The notes beneath the pieces were generated by a model. The model saw only the letters and a program-made list of their open reading frames with translations. It ran no database searches and was not told the DNA's origin. Made by a program: the position numbers and the translations under genes. Shown piece by piece: positions 17,465 through 26,955 of a DNA stretch of 64,000 bases (position 1 is the stretch's first letter; each line of letters begins with the position of its first letter). The DNA lies in contig MEFP01000017.1 of the NCBI GenBank assembly GCA_001725155.1, positions 2,338 to 66,337 on the forward strand. Direction: 5' to 3'. The DNA comes from Lysobacteraceae bacterium SCN 69-320. Its GTDB lineage: Bacteria; Pseudomonadota; Gammaproteobacteria; Xanthomonadales; Rhodanobacteraceae.

Positions 17465-18727
17465 GTGCACGCCCCCGCTTCTCCGCCGCCCGTGCGCAAG
17501 GCCGCGCTGGCCTTCATTTTCGTCACGGTGCTGCTCGACATTCTCGCGTTCGGCGTCGTCATTCCGGTGCTGCCGCGGCTGATCAAGGAGATGGCCGGCG
17601 GCGACATGGTTGCCGCGGCGCACTGGGTCGGCATCATCGCGACCGTGTTCGCGGCGGTGCAGTTCTTCTGCAATCCGATCCAGGGCGCGCTGTCGGACCG
17701 CTACGGCCGGCGGCCGGTGATCCTGCTGTCCAATCTCGGCCTGGGCCTGGACTTCATCCTGATGGCGCTGGTGCAGACCCTGCCCTGGCTCGTCATCGCG
17801 CGCGTGATCTCGGGCATGACCTCGGCCAGCTTCAGCACGGCCAATGCCTACATCGCCGACGTGACGCCGCCGGACAAGCGCGCGGCGGCCTTCGGCACGC
17901 TCGGCGCGGCGTTCGGCGTCGGCTTCGTGCTCGGCCCGGCGCTCGGCGGCACGCTCGGCGACATCGACCTGCGCCTGCCGTTCTGGATTGCCGCCTGCCT
18001 CGCGCTCGCGAACTTCTGCTACGGCTACTTCGTGCTGCCCGAATCGCTGCCGCGCGAGCGGCGCACCCTGCGGTTCGATGCGCGACGCGCCAATCCGGTG
18101 GGCGCGTTGCTGCTGCTGCGCCGCTACCCGCAGGTCTACGCGCTGGCCGCCGTGGTGTTCCTGTCGCAGCTCGCCCACTACGTGCTCAACACGACCTTCG
18201 TGCTGTATGCGGACTATCGCTACGGCTGGGGACCGCAGGCAGTCGGCTTCACCCTGGGCTTCGTCGGCGTCTGCAACGGCATCGTGCAGGCCCTGCTGGT
18301 CGGCCGCATCGTGCGCCACTTCGGCGAACGCCGCGCGATCTTCATCGGCCTGGCCTTCGGCGCGCTGGGCTTCGCCTGGCAGGGCCTCGCAACGACGGGC
18401 TGGCTGTCGCTCGCGGCCATTCCGCTGCTCGCGCTCTGGGGCTTCGCCGGTCCGGCGACCCAGGCCCTGGTCACGCGCCAGGTCGACCCCGGCGAACAGG
18501 GCCGGCTGCAGGGCGCGCTGGCCGGACTGACCAGCCTCGCCGGCATACTCGGTCCCACGCTGTACACGCAGATCTTCGGCTGGAGCATCGACAAGAACTC
18601 GCCGCTGCACCTGCCGGGCCTGGCCTTCCTGCTCGCCGCCGCGCTGCTGCTCGTCGCGCTGGCCGTGGCCTGGAAGGCGACTCAGCCGGCGGGTACATCT
18701 GCCACGACCGACGCCGCGCGCCCATGA
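17465..18727 (+). CDS. TCR/Tet (DHA1) family MFS efflux transporter
   Basis: [12 protein letters not shown] motif [24 protein letters not shown]; about 12 TM segments. Confidence 0.9.
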   Translation: MHAPASPPPVRKAALAFIFVTVLLDILAFGVVIPVLPRLIKEMAGGDMVAAAHWVGIIATVFAAVQFFCNPIQGALSDRYGRRPVILLSNLGLGLDFILMALVQTLPWLVIARVISGMTSASFSTANAYIADVTPPDKRAAAFGTLGAAFGVGFVLGPALGGTLGDIDLRLPFWIAACLALANFCYGYFVLPESLPRERRTLRFDARRANPVGALLLLRRYPQVYALAAVVFLSQLAHYVLNTTFVLYADYRYGWGPQAVGFTLGFVGVCNGIVQALLVGRIVRHFGERRAIFIGLAFGALGFAWQGLATTGWLSLAAIPLLALWGFAGPATQALVTRQVDPGEQGRLQGALAGLTSLAGILGPTLYTQIFGWSIDKNSPLHLPGLAFLLAAALLLVALAVAWKATQPAGTSATTDAARP

Positions 18728-19068
18728 GAACGGCTGCCGCGGTGCTCGGCCTGCTGCTGACCGCCAGCGCGGCGGCGCAGTACGGCGAATCCACGCGGGA
18801 CTATCTGCGCGAGTTCGACCGCGACGGCGACGGCCGCGTCAGCCTGGCCGAGTATCAGGACAAGCTCAGCGAAATTTTCCAGCGCATGGACGTCAACGGC
18901 AACGGCGTCGTCGACCTCAACGAGTTCGACCCGGCGGTGGTCGGAGCGCATACGCGGCCGATCTCGCTGACCCAGCACCGCAAGCGCCTGGCCGAGGTGT
19001 TCCGCCGCCAGGACGTCAACCACGACGGCTATCTCGACGCGCGCGAGCTCGGCGCGCCGCCGCGCTGA
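18724..19068 (+). CDS. Exported EF-hand calcium-binding protein
   Basis: Signal peptide; loops DRDGDGRVSLAE, DVNGNGVVDLNE, DVNHDGYLDARE; ATGA overlap with the MFS gene. Confidence 0.85.
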   Translation: MRTAAAVLGLLLTASAAAQYGESTRDYLREFDRDGDGRVSLAEYQDKLSEIFQRMDVNGNGVVDLNEFDPAVVGAHTRPISLTQHRKRLAEVFRRQDVNHDGYLDARELGAPPR

Positions 19069-19147
19069 GCGGGATGTCGCGATGGCCAGCGCGAACGCGG
19101 GCGGTGAAAGCAGAAACGACGACAGGCCAAGGCAATAAGTTATTTCG

Positions 19148-19168
19148 TGGATAAAGATTCAATATCCA
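19148..19168. promoter_or_regulatory. Inverted repeat TGGATA-N9-TATCCA containing T-N11-A (LysR-type box candidate)
   Basis: Lies in an AT-rich patch (19130-19180) upstream of the small membrane-protein gene. Confidence 0.4.
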
Positions 19169-19337
19169 TATAGATACTCGACGTTGCGGCGCCGCGCCCG
19201 CCCGCCTGCGACCATTCCGCACACGACCGCAGGTCGCGCGGTTCCTGAACGCGCAGCAGCGTGCCCTACTTCCGGCACGTGAAGACGGCTGGGCACTGGC
19301 CGATGCTGTGGCGGACATGACGGAGGGCGCCGCGCAT

Positions 19338-19535
19338 ATGCTCAAGTTCCTGCTCTGGCTGCTGCTGTTCGTGCTGTGCTGGCCGCTGGCGCTGCTCGCG
19401 CTGGTGCTGTATCCGCTGATCTGGCTGCTGAGCCTGCCGTTCCGGCTCGTCGGCATCACGCTGTCGGCGGTGTTCGAGTTCCTGCGCGCGCTGCTGTTCC
19501 TGCCGGCGCGGCTGCTCGGCGCGAAGCCGGCCTGA
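19338..19535 (+). CDS. Small hydrophobic membrane protein (65 aa)
   Basis: MLKFLLWLLLFVLCWPLALLALVLYPLIWLLSLPFRL; high-GC codon pattern; GGAGG upstream. Confidence 0.7.
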   Translation: MLKFLLWLLLFVLCWPLALLALVLYPLIWLLSLPFRLVGITLSAVFEFLRALLFLPARLLGAKPA

Positions 19536-19608
19536 AGATCCCGCCGCACGCTGGTGACGGTGGGCCGATTGCGGCGAGAATGCGCGCCGCTTCCGGCTGC
19601 GCGCGTCC

Positions 19609-20004
19609 ATGAACGAACCTGTCGTCGACTGTCCCTGCGGTTCCGACCGCGCCTATGCCGTCTGCTGCGCGCCGCTGCACGCGGGCGAGCCGGCGCCGAC
19701 AGCCGAAGCGCTGATGCGCTCGCGCTATAGCGCCTATGCGCTGGGGCTGGAGGACTATCTGCTGCGCAGCTGGCACCGCTCGACGCGGCCGGCGGCGCTG
19801 AACCTGGCCCGCGAAAGGCCCGCGCCGCGCTGGCATGGCCTCAAGATCCTGCGCTATCAGCCGGTCGATGCCGACAACGCCTTCGTCGAGTTCGTCGCCA
19901 GGTACAAGGTCGGCGGCGGTCCCATGCAGCGTCTGCGCGAACTCAGCCGCTTCCGGCGCGAGGACGGGCACTGGTTCTACGTGTCGGGCGAGTGGAGCAG
20001 CTGA
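19609..20004 (+). CDS. ychJ: YchJ family (SEC-C motif) protein
   Basis: CPCGS...Y..CC.PLH, TAEALMRSRYSAY, VEFVARY, SRF.REDGHWFYV.G. Confidence 0.9.
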   Translation: MNEPVVDCPCGSDRAYAVCCAPLHAGEPAPTAEALMRSRYSAYALGLEDYLLRSWHRSTRPAALNLARERPAPRWHGLKILRYQPVDADNAFVEFVARYKVGGGPMQRLRELSRFRREDGHWFYVSGEWSS

Positions 20005-20124
20005 CACCGGCAGCAGCACGAACCGGCCGGATCTCCAGGTGCGCGACCGCCGCGCTGCGCTGTCGTGGTGGCCGCGGCGCAGACTGCGGACTAGCATGGC
20101 CGCAACGCGGCCGCGACCTGTCCG

Positions 20125-21636
20125 ATGACGATGCATGACCCCTCTCTTGGCGACTGCGACCTGCTCGTGGTCGGCGGCGGCATCAACGGCGCCGGCATCG
20201 CGCGCGATGCGGCCGGGCGCGGACTGCGCGTCGTATTGTGCGAACGGGACGACCTGGCCGCGCACACGTCCTCGGCCAGCACCAAGCTGATCCACGGCGG
20301 ACTGCGCTACCTCGAACGCTACGAGTTCGGTCTCGTACGCAAGTCGCTGCGCGAGCGCGAGGTGCTGATCGAGGCCGCGCCGCACCTGATCCGGCCGCTG
20401 CGCTTCGTGCTGCCGCAGGCGCCGCATCTGCGGCCGGCGTGGATGATGCGTATCGGACTCTGGCTCTACGATCATCTGGCGCGGCGCCGCCGTCTGCCGG
20501 CGTCCGCGGCGATCACGCTTGCCGGCGACGCCGTGCTGCAGCCGCAGTTCACGCGCGGCTTCGCCTATTCGGACGGCTGGTGCGACGACGCGCGCCTCGT
20601 CGTCGCGGCGGCCAGGGATGCCGCCGAGCGCGGCGCACGCGTGCTGACGCGCACACGTTGTGCGCAACTGCGGCGCAGCGCGACGGGCTGGACCGCCGAA
20701 CTGGAAACCGCCGACGGGCGTCGCCCGATCCTGCAGGCGCGCGCCGTCGCCAATGCGACCGGGCCCTGGGTCGCCGCATTCCTGCAGCAGATCGCGCAGC
20801 AGCCGTCACGACACGCGCTGCGGCTCGTGCGCGGCAGCCACATCGTGGTGCCTCGCCGGCCGGGGCAGGAAACGGCCTATGTGCTGCAGAGCGAGGACCG
20901 CCGCATCGTGTTCGTGCTGCCCTACGAAGATGCGTTCACCTTGATCGGCACGACCGACGTCGATGTCGCCGACGACCCGGCCGCCGCGCGGATCTCGCCG
21001 GCGGAAATCGACTACCTCTGCACGCTGGCCAATCGCTATCTGCGCCTGCCGGTGACGGCGGGCGACGTGGTCTGGAGCTTTGCCGGCGTCCGGCCGCTGC
21101 TGCAGGACGGCGCGGACGACCCCGCGGCGACATCGCGCGACTATCTGCTCGATCTCGATACGGATGCGGCGCCGCTGCTGTCGGTCTACGGCGGCAAGAT
21201 CACGACGTTCCGCCGTCTCGGCGAAGAAGCCGTCGACGAACTGTGCCGGGCGCTGCGGCACCCGGCGCCGGCCTGGACGCGCACGGCGCCGCTGCCGGGC
21301 GGCGACATTCCCGGCGCGGATTTCGCGCATTTCCTGCAGCAACTCGCCCAGCACCGTGCCTGGCTGCCGCCGGCCCTGCGCGAGCGCTATGCGCACGCCT
21401 ACGGTTCGCGCGCGCTGCGCCTGCTCGGCGACGCGCGGCGCCTGCAGGATCTCGGCGAGGAAGTGCTGCCGCAGCTGTTCGCCGCGGAGATCGACTATCT
21501 GCGCCGCGAGGAATGGGCGCAGACCGCCGACGACGTCCTCTGGCGGCGCAGCAAGCTCGGCCTCCATCTGCCCGCCGATGCGGCGACACGACTGGACGAC
21601 TGGCTGGCGCAGCATCCGCTGCCGGCGCACAGCTAG
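20125..21636 (+). CDS. glpD: FAD-dependent glycerol-3-phosphate dehydrogenase
   Basis: VVGGGINGAGIARDAAGRG, TSSASTKLIHGGLRYLE, GSHIVV, GVRPL, GGKITTFR, LWRRSKLG. Confidence 0.93.
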   Translation: MTMHDPSLGDCDLLVVGGGINGAGIARDAAGRGLRVVLCERDDLAAHTSSASTKLIHGGLRYLERYEFGLVRKSLREREVLIEAAPHLIRPLRFVLPQAPHLRPAWMMRIGLWLYDHLARRRRLPASAAITLAGDAVLQPQFTRGFAYSDGWCDDARLVVAAARDAAERGARVLTRTRCAQLRRSATGWTAELETADGRRPILQARAVANATGPWVAAFLQQIAQQPSRHALRLVRGSHIVVPRRPGQETAYVLQSEDRRIVFVLPYEDAFTLIGTTDVDVADDPAAARISPAEIDYLCTLANRYLRLPVTAGDVVWSFAGVRPLLQDGADDPAATSRDYLLDLDTDAAPLLSVYGGKITTFRRLGEEAVDELCRALRHPAPAWTRTAPLPGGDIPGADFAHFLQQLAQHRAWLPPALRERYAHAYGSRALRLLGDARRLQDLGEEVLPQLFAAEIDYLRREEWAQTADDVLWRRSKLGLHLPADAATRLDDWLAQHPLPAHS

Positions 21637-21816
21637 CCGGCGCAGCGGACGCGCATCGATCGGGAACGCCGGCCCGCTGCATCGGCGGTCGTGCGCCACG
21701 CCCGGCAGGATTGCCTTCCCGGTTTTCGGCCGCGGCAATCCGCCGATCCCGGCGCGCCGGTGCGCAGCCGCACCGGCGCGGCTACACTGCCGCGCCCCGC
21801 CGCTTCCGCTTTCCGC

Positions 21817-22548
21817 ATGGCCGCTTCGCGCCTGGTCCGACTGCTGCAGACCCTGCGTCCCGCCGAGCTCGCGCTTGCGCGCGGATCGTGCCCACTCTGC
21901 GGCTGCGGCTGGCTGCTGCGGCTCGCACGCAACGAACTCGGTGTGCGCTGCGTGCGCTGCGGCGCGAGCGCGGTGACCCAGTCGCTCGTGGCGGTGATTC
22001 GCGCCGAACTGCCGCAGCTCGCACGAGCCACTGCCTACGAGATGTCGGCACAGGGACCGCTCGTCGCTTTCCTGCGCGGCGCCTGCGCCGAGCTGACGAC
22101 CAGCGAACTGCTCGACGGCGTTACGCCCGGCGAATCGCGCGCCGGTGTGCTGTGCCAGAACGTCGAACGCCTGACCTTCGCCGCGGCGAGTTTCGATCTG
22201 TGCACGTCGAGCGAGGTGTTCGAGCATGTCGAGGACGATGCCGCCGGCTTTCGCGAAGTGCGCCGCGTGCTGCGGCCCGGCGGGCGCTTCGTGTTCACTG
22301 TGCCGCTGCACGACAGCGCGCAGACCGTGGAACGCCTGGCCTGGCAGGACGGCCGCCGCGTCGATCTGCTGCCCCCGGCCTATCACGCCGACCGCTACCG
22401 CGGCGCTACCGTGCTCGTGCAGCGCGACTACGGCCGCGACATTCTCGACCGGCTGCGCGCAGCCGGGTTCGCGGCAGCGCGCATCGTGCAACCCGCGCCG
22501 CCGCTGTTCGGCCACGCGCGGCCCGTGATCGTCGCGGCGGTGGACTGA
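21817..22548 (+). CDS. Class I SAM-dependent methyltransferase with N-terminal Cys4 motif
   Basis: CPLC...CVRC; SFDL..SSEVFEHV; EVRRVLRPGGRFVFTVP. Start moved to ATG 21817. Confidence 0.8.
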   Translation: MAASRLVRLLQTLRPAELALARGSCPLCGCGWLLRLARNELGVRCVRCGASAVTQSLVAVIRAELPQLARATAYEMSAQGPLVAFLRGACAELTTSELLDGVTPGESRAGVLCQNVERLTFAAASFDLCTSSEVFEHVEDDAAGFREVRRVLRPGGRFVFTVPLHDSAQTVERLAWQDGRRVDLLPPAYHADRYRGATVLVQRDYGRDILDRLRAAGFAAARIVQPAPPLFGHARPVIVAAVD

Positions 22549-22627
22549 GCGCGGCGCTGGCCGCTTCGTCGGCGCGGAAGCGGCGGCCCACTGCGTAGAA
22601 TGGCCCGACAGGGCAGAGGACGGCGAC

Positions 22628-23590
22628 GTGAACGGCACAACCGGTGCGGCCCAGGACAACGGTGGTCTGCGTGCAGTGCTGCAGGCGTTGCGGCCGTCGC
22701 CGCTGCCGCCGTGCGTGCTCGCCGTCGTCGTCGCGACCGAAGGTTCGACCTATCGCAAGGCCGGCGCGCTGATCGTGCTGCCCGCAGATGGCGCACGCGT
22801 CGGCTGGCTGTCGGGCGGCTGCCTGGAAGCCGAGCTCGAAACCACCGCTGCAGAGGCCCTGCGCGACAGCCGCGCGCGACATCTGCGCCTGGATACGCGC
22901 GGCGACGACGACCTGCTGTTCGGCTCGGCCTCGGGCTGTCGCGGCGTCGTCGAGCTGCTGTTGCTGCCGCTGGATGAGACCGCACCGCTGCTCGCGGCAC
23001 TGCGCAGTCTCGACACCTCCGCCGGCGTGGAACTCGAGCTGTGCGCCGACGGGGCCGGCCGCGCGACGAGTGCAGCCGGCGAGTGGCAGTGGCCGGCCGG
23101 CGCCGCGCCGGCACCGGGCCGCTGGTCGCTGCGTCTGCGCGCACCCGAACGCCTGCTGCTGCTCGGCGCCGGGCCGGAATCGGCGCCGCTGCTGCGCCTG
23201 GCTCATCTGCTCGGCTGGTCGGTCGATGTCGTCGAATCGCGCGCGCGCTGGCATGCCGCGCTGGCCGGCGCCGACGCACTGCATCGCGATGTGGCCGGGG
23301 TGCCGGCATTGCTCGCGAGCGGCCGCTACGCCGCGGCCGTGGTCATGAGTCATCACTATTCGCGCGATCTGGCCGCGTTGCAGCACGCGGCCGCCGCCGG
23401 CATCGGCTGGATAGGCCTGCTCGGACCGGTCGCGCGGCGCGACGCGCTGCTCGCCGAGCTCGATGCCGATCTGCGCGCGCGCCTGTTGCCGCGGCTGCAG
23501 GCGCCGGTAGGCCTGCGTCTGGGCGGCGAAGGCCCCGAAGCGATAGCCCTGTCCATCATGGCGGCGCTGCAGAGCCGCGACGGCGCATGA
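22628..23590 (+). CDS. XdhC/CoxI family molybdenum cofactor maturation protein
   Basis: GSTYRKAGA, GWLSGGCLE, GC.GVVELLL, LLLLGAG, IGLLGP..RR, APVGL.LGGEGPEAIALSI. Confidence 0.9.
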   Translation: MNGTTGAAQDNGGLRAVLQALRPSPLPPCVLAVVVATEGSTYRKAGALIVLPADGARVGWLSGGCLEAELETTAAEALRDSRARHLRLDTRGDDDLLFGSASGCRGVVELLLLPLDETAPLLAALRSLDTSAGVELELCADGAGRATSAAGEWQWPAGAAPAPGRWSLRLRAPERLLLLGAGPESAPLLRLAHLLGWSVDVVESRARWHAALAGADALHRDVAGVPALLASGRYAAAVVMSHHYSRDLAALQHAAAAGIGWIGLLGPVARRDALLAELDADLRARLLPRLQAPVGLRLGGEGPEAIALSIMAALQSRDGA

Positions 23591-24159
23591 AGGCCGCGCA
23601 CGGCGCGGTGATCCTGGCCGCCGGCGCCTCGCGCCGGCTCGGGTTTCCGAAGCAGCTCGTCGAGATCGACGGCGAACCGCTGCTGCGCCGCGCGGCGCGT
23701 GCAGTGCTGGCGACGCAGCCCTTGGACGGCGTCGTCGTGCTTGGGCACGAGGCCGCGCGCTGTGCCGCCGCGGTCGCCGATCTGCCGCTGCGCCGCCTGC
23801 TCGCGCCGGATTGGCAGCGCGGCATGGGGCCTTCGCTGCGCAGCGGCGTCGATGCGCTGGACGCGGCCTGCGCCGGCGTGCTCGTGGTGCTCTGCGATCA
23901 GCCCGCACTGGATGCGGCGCATCTGCAGTCCCTGTTGTCGGCCTGGAGCGCCGCGCCGCATCGCGCCGCCGCGAGCGGCTATGCCGGCACGGTCGGAGTG
24001 CCGGCTTTGCTGCCGCGCAGCTGGCTGCAGTCGGCCGCACTCGACGGCGACCGCGGCGCGCGCGCGTTGCTGCAGGCTCGCGCGGCGCTGGTGCAGGTCG
24101 TGGTCAACGAGGCGCTGGCCCGTGACGTGGACCTGCCGGGCGACCTGCGACTCCCCTGA
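23587..24159 (+). CDS. MocA-like nucleotidyltransferase (molybdenum cofactor cytidylyltransferase family)
   Basis: VILAAGASRRLG.PKQL, GMG.SL, LCDQP, GDRGAR, DVDLPGD; ATGA overlap with xdhC. Confidence 0.88.
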   Translation: MKAAHGAVILAAGASRRLGFPKQLVEIDGEPLLRRAARAVLATQPLDGVVVLGHEAARCAAAVADLPLRRLLAPDWQRGMGPSLRSGVDALDAACAGVLVVLCDQPALDAAHLQSLLSAWSAAPHRAAASGYAGTVGVPALLPRSWLQSAALDGDRGARALLQARAALVQVVVNEALARDVDLPGDLRLP

Positions 24160-24358
24160 TGTTGCAGAAACTGCTCGGCTGCGACCGTCTTCGCAGTCGC
24201 GTCGTCGGTTCCTTGCCCGCTGCCGGCAGCGGTGCGGAGCATTTGACGTTTCCCCCTGCTAACGCGGTGTTCCGATTCAAAATCCTGCACACCCCCTGTC
24301 CAAAGTCATACGACTTTTGTCCTATTCATCGAGGTGAAAGGCATCCGGATAATGCCCG

Positions 24359-24374
24359 CTAACCGATCGGTCAG
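24359..24374. promoter_or_regulatory. Palindromic TetR-type operator candidate
   Basis: ctaaccgatcggtcag (14/16 palindromic), just downstream of a -10-like gataat (24348-24353) and just upstream of the TetR gene. Confidence 0.55.
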
Positions 24375-24383
24375 TAAGCGCCT

Positions 24384-25016
24384 GTGGTCCCAACCCTGCT
24401 GGCATCCGCGTACGAGACTTCCGAGAAATCGGCGCTGTCGCGGATCCTGGCCGAAGCCGAAGTCCTGTTTGCGGAACGCGGCTTCGACGGAGTGTCGATC
24501 AACGAGGTCGCTCTGGCTGCCGGTGTTTGCAAGGCGAATGTGTTCCATCACTTCGCGACCAAGCAGGAACTGTACGAGCGGGTGCTCACCCAGGCCTGCG
24601 ATGCGTTCGGACGGTCGCTGGATGCGTTGGAACTCAAGGAGCCGGATCTCGCGGGACGCCTGTGGCGTCTGATGGAATGGCACAACGCCTTTCTCTATCA
24701 GCGGCCCCATGGCACGCGCCTGATCCTGCGCGAGCTGACGGGATCGCCGACCGTGCTCGAACGCAGTCCGGTGTTTCCGTTGATCCAGCGCAACTTCGAC
24801 CGGATCGTCGGACTGCTCAATGAGGTAGCGGACAAGTTGCGCGAAGGCATCAGTCCGGCCCTGGTGGCCAAAGTGGTGCTGTCGCTCAACCTGTTCGGTT
24901 TCCAGACCGAGCGTCTGAACGAGAAATTGATGGTGGCCGGTTCGCTGGCGACGCGGCCCGAACTGCAACGGCAATGGCTGGATCTGCTGCTGCACGGGAT
25001 CGAGGCGCCGAACTGA
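24384..25016 (+). CDS. TetR/AcrR family transcriptional regulator
   Basis: ILAEAEVLFAERGFDGVSINEVALAAGVCKANVFHHFATKQELY helix-turn-helix; start codon uncertain. Confidence 0.85.
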   Translation: MVPTLLASAYETSEKSALSRILAEAEVLFAERGFDGVSINEVALAAGVCKANVFHHFATKQELYERVLTQACDAFGRSLDALELKEPDLAGRLWRLMEWHNAFLYQRPHGTRLILRELTGSPTVLERSPVFPLIQRNFDRIVGLLNEVADKLREGISPALVAKVVLSLNLFGFQTERLNEKLMVAGSLATRPELQRQWLDLLLHGIEAPN

Positions 25017-25515
25017 CATCGCAGACAACGCGGCAATGGACGGCCGCCACAGGACTCCCTGGCCCGTCCGTCCGCGCTCCTCCCTGCCCTCCGTTGCCTG
25101 GTGGAAGGGCCAGGGAAATTGCTTCGACGCAAGTCGCGCAACGCTTGAAAACGTGGATCACGCTGCCACGTTGCACTACCCGGGTTCCCCGCCTGCCCGG
25201 TACCGGCTGACTCCCTCCTCCCCCCCCCGATCACCGGTACCGGGCCAGGCACCTACCCGCGCCGGCCGCGCGCGAGTTGCGGCTTTTCCGTTCTTCCCGG
25301 TCTTTCTTCCCCGGCTTCTTGCCGATCCGGCGCCGCGCTGCTTTGCGGCCGCCGCAGGCATATCGCGATCCGCCGCTGTCGTTCACCACGTCCCTGCACG
25401 GAATCGTGTCCCGCGTTGCGGCCATCGTCGCGCACTGCGCCGAGGCCGGCACCGACAGCGCTCATGTCGGCGTCGACGGCCTGCCACTCGGCCACACCAT
25501 CCGCTTTTCACAAAG

Positions 25516-25544
25516 AAAAAAAGAGCCCGGCACAGGCCGGGCTC
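25516..25544 (-). terminator. Rho-independent terminator of the Ax21-like porin gene
   Basis: 9-bp stem gagcccggc/gccgggctc with 4-nt loop, followed on the minus strand by a T7 run. Confidence 0.85.
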
Positions 25545-25581
25545 GGAGTGTTGCGACAGAACAGGTGTCGCCAGAAAGCGA

Positions 25582-26127
25582 TCAGAAGCTCAGGCGCGGG
25601 CCGATCAGGAACGACTTGTCGTTCTCCGCCACGCGCGCCTCGGCCGCCAGGCCGAAATTCTGCGTGAACTTGTACTGGCCCGAGACGCCGAGCGATGCAT
25701 TGCGGTCGACGTGGTCGAGCTTTTCGTAGCCGACCCAGGCCGCGCCTTCGAACTTCGGCGTCAGCGCCGAACGCAGGCCGACGCGTACACCGTAACCGTC
25801 GGTATCCAGCGTGGTGTTCTTGACGTAGGCGACGTCGGTGAACAGGTCGGTCTGGTCCGCGACCGGCGTGTGGTAGCCGGCGCCGAGGTACCAGGACTTC
25901 AGATCCTTGAACGGCGCGTCGTTGTTCAGGCGGCTCCAGCCGGCGATCACGTTGAAGTTGTCGTTCAGCGCGCCGGAACCGCGCAGGGCGACGCCGTCGG
26001 TATTGTCGAAGTTGTCGGGATTGACGTGCGCGTAGTCCGCTTCGAGCCAGGAGTAGCTCAGATCGGCAGCCTGCGAAGCAAACGGCAGGGCAAGCAGAGC
26101 AGCAAGGGCGAGGGCAGTGCGTTTCAT
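25582..26127 (-). CDS. Ax21/Omp1X-family outer-membrane beta-barrel protein
   Basis: Signal peptide ending SQA; LSYSWLEADY, G.G.RGS, YGVRVGLR; C-terminal GPRLSF beta-signal. Confidence 0.8.
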   Translation of the reverse strand: MKRTALALAALLALPFASQAADLSYSWLEADYAHVNPDNFDNTDGVALRGSGALNDNFNVIAGWSRLNNDAPFKDLKSWYLGAGYHTPVADQTDLFTDVAYVKNTTLDTDGYGVRVGLRSALTPKFEGAAWVGYEKLDHVDRNASLGVSGQYKFTQNFGLAAEARVAENDKSFLIGPRLSF

Positions 26128-26379
26128 CGTGTGTTCCTTGGTTTGCTATCCGGACGGCTCAACGCCGTGGCCAGCAAACTATGGCGCGGTGCGGCAAAAC
26201 CAAGTCGACCGCAGCGGCCGGGTTTACATCGGATTCATGACGCTGAACACGGCGTTGAAAAAACGGCGGAACTTTTAACGCGCTGCGACTCACGCCTTGC
26301 TGGCCTGCTCGAATGCGTCGCGTCGCCGTCAGCCGAACGCGGGAGCGGAACCGGCGGCGACCGCCGGCCGGAAGTTTCT

Positions 26380-26844
26380 CTAGAGCGAACCTTCGAAACT
26401 GAACTGGCGCCAGGCTTCGTAGACCACGACGGCGACGGCGTTGGACAGGTTCAGGCTGCGGTTGTCGGGCCGCATCGGCAGACGCAGGCACTGCGACGCG
26501 GGCAGCGCGGCCAGGAAATCCTGCGGCAGGCCGCGCGTCTCGGAACCGAACACGATGGCGTCGTCGCGCGCGAAGCGCACCGCGTAGGGACTGGTCGTGC
26601 CGCGCGTGGACAGGGCGAACACGCGGGCCGGCGCGGCCGCGGCGAGGAATGCGGCGAAATCGTCGTGTACCTGCAGCGCGGTGTACTCGTGATAGTCAAG
26701 GCCGGCGCGGCGCAGGCGCGCGTCGTCGATCGCGAAACCCAGCGGGCGGATCAGATGCAGCCGTGCGCCGCTGTTGGCGCAAAGCCTGATCACGTTGCCG
26801 GTGTTCGGCGGAATCTCGGGTTGGTGCAGGACGACATGCAGCAT
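26380..26844 (-). CDS. trmL: tRNA (cytidine/uridine-34 2'-O)-methyltransferase TrmL
   Basis: PEIPPNTGNVIRLCAN, LRRAGLDYHE, FGSETRGLP, RSLNLSNAVAVVVYEAWRQ. Start moved to ATG 26844. Confidence 0.93.
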   Translation of the reverse strand: MLHVVLHQPEIPPNTGNVIRLCANSGARLHLIRPLGFAIDDARLRRAGLDYHEYTALQVHDDFAAFLAAAAPARVFALSTRGTTSPYAVRFARDDAIVFGSETRGLPQDFLAALPASQCLRLPMRPDNRSLNLSNAVAVVVYEAWRQFSFEGSL

Positions 26845-26955
26845 CGGCGGATTATCGCTGCGCCAGGGCCGGCCGACCAAATGACAGGTTTTGCAATGCC
26901 ATGCCGTTTTCACGGGCATGCGGCTGTCGTCTCAGCCGGAACCCGGAAACCGTCC

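Noticed and set aside
25036-25729. Several short ORFs on both strands downstream of tetR, and a long 5' extension of the cytochrome c ORF
   Set aside because: Low-complexity translations with no motifs; the extension crosses the ax21-like and trmL genes on the opposite strand
25582-26127. Ax21 as a secreted quorum or immune-eliciting peptide
   Set aside because: That role was retracted; the sequence fits an ordinary small outer-membrane beta-barrel
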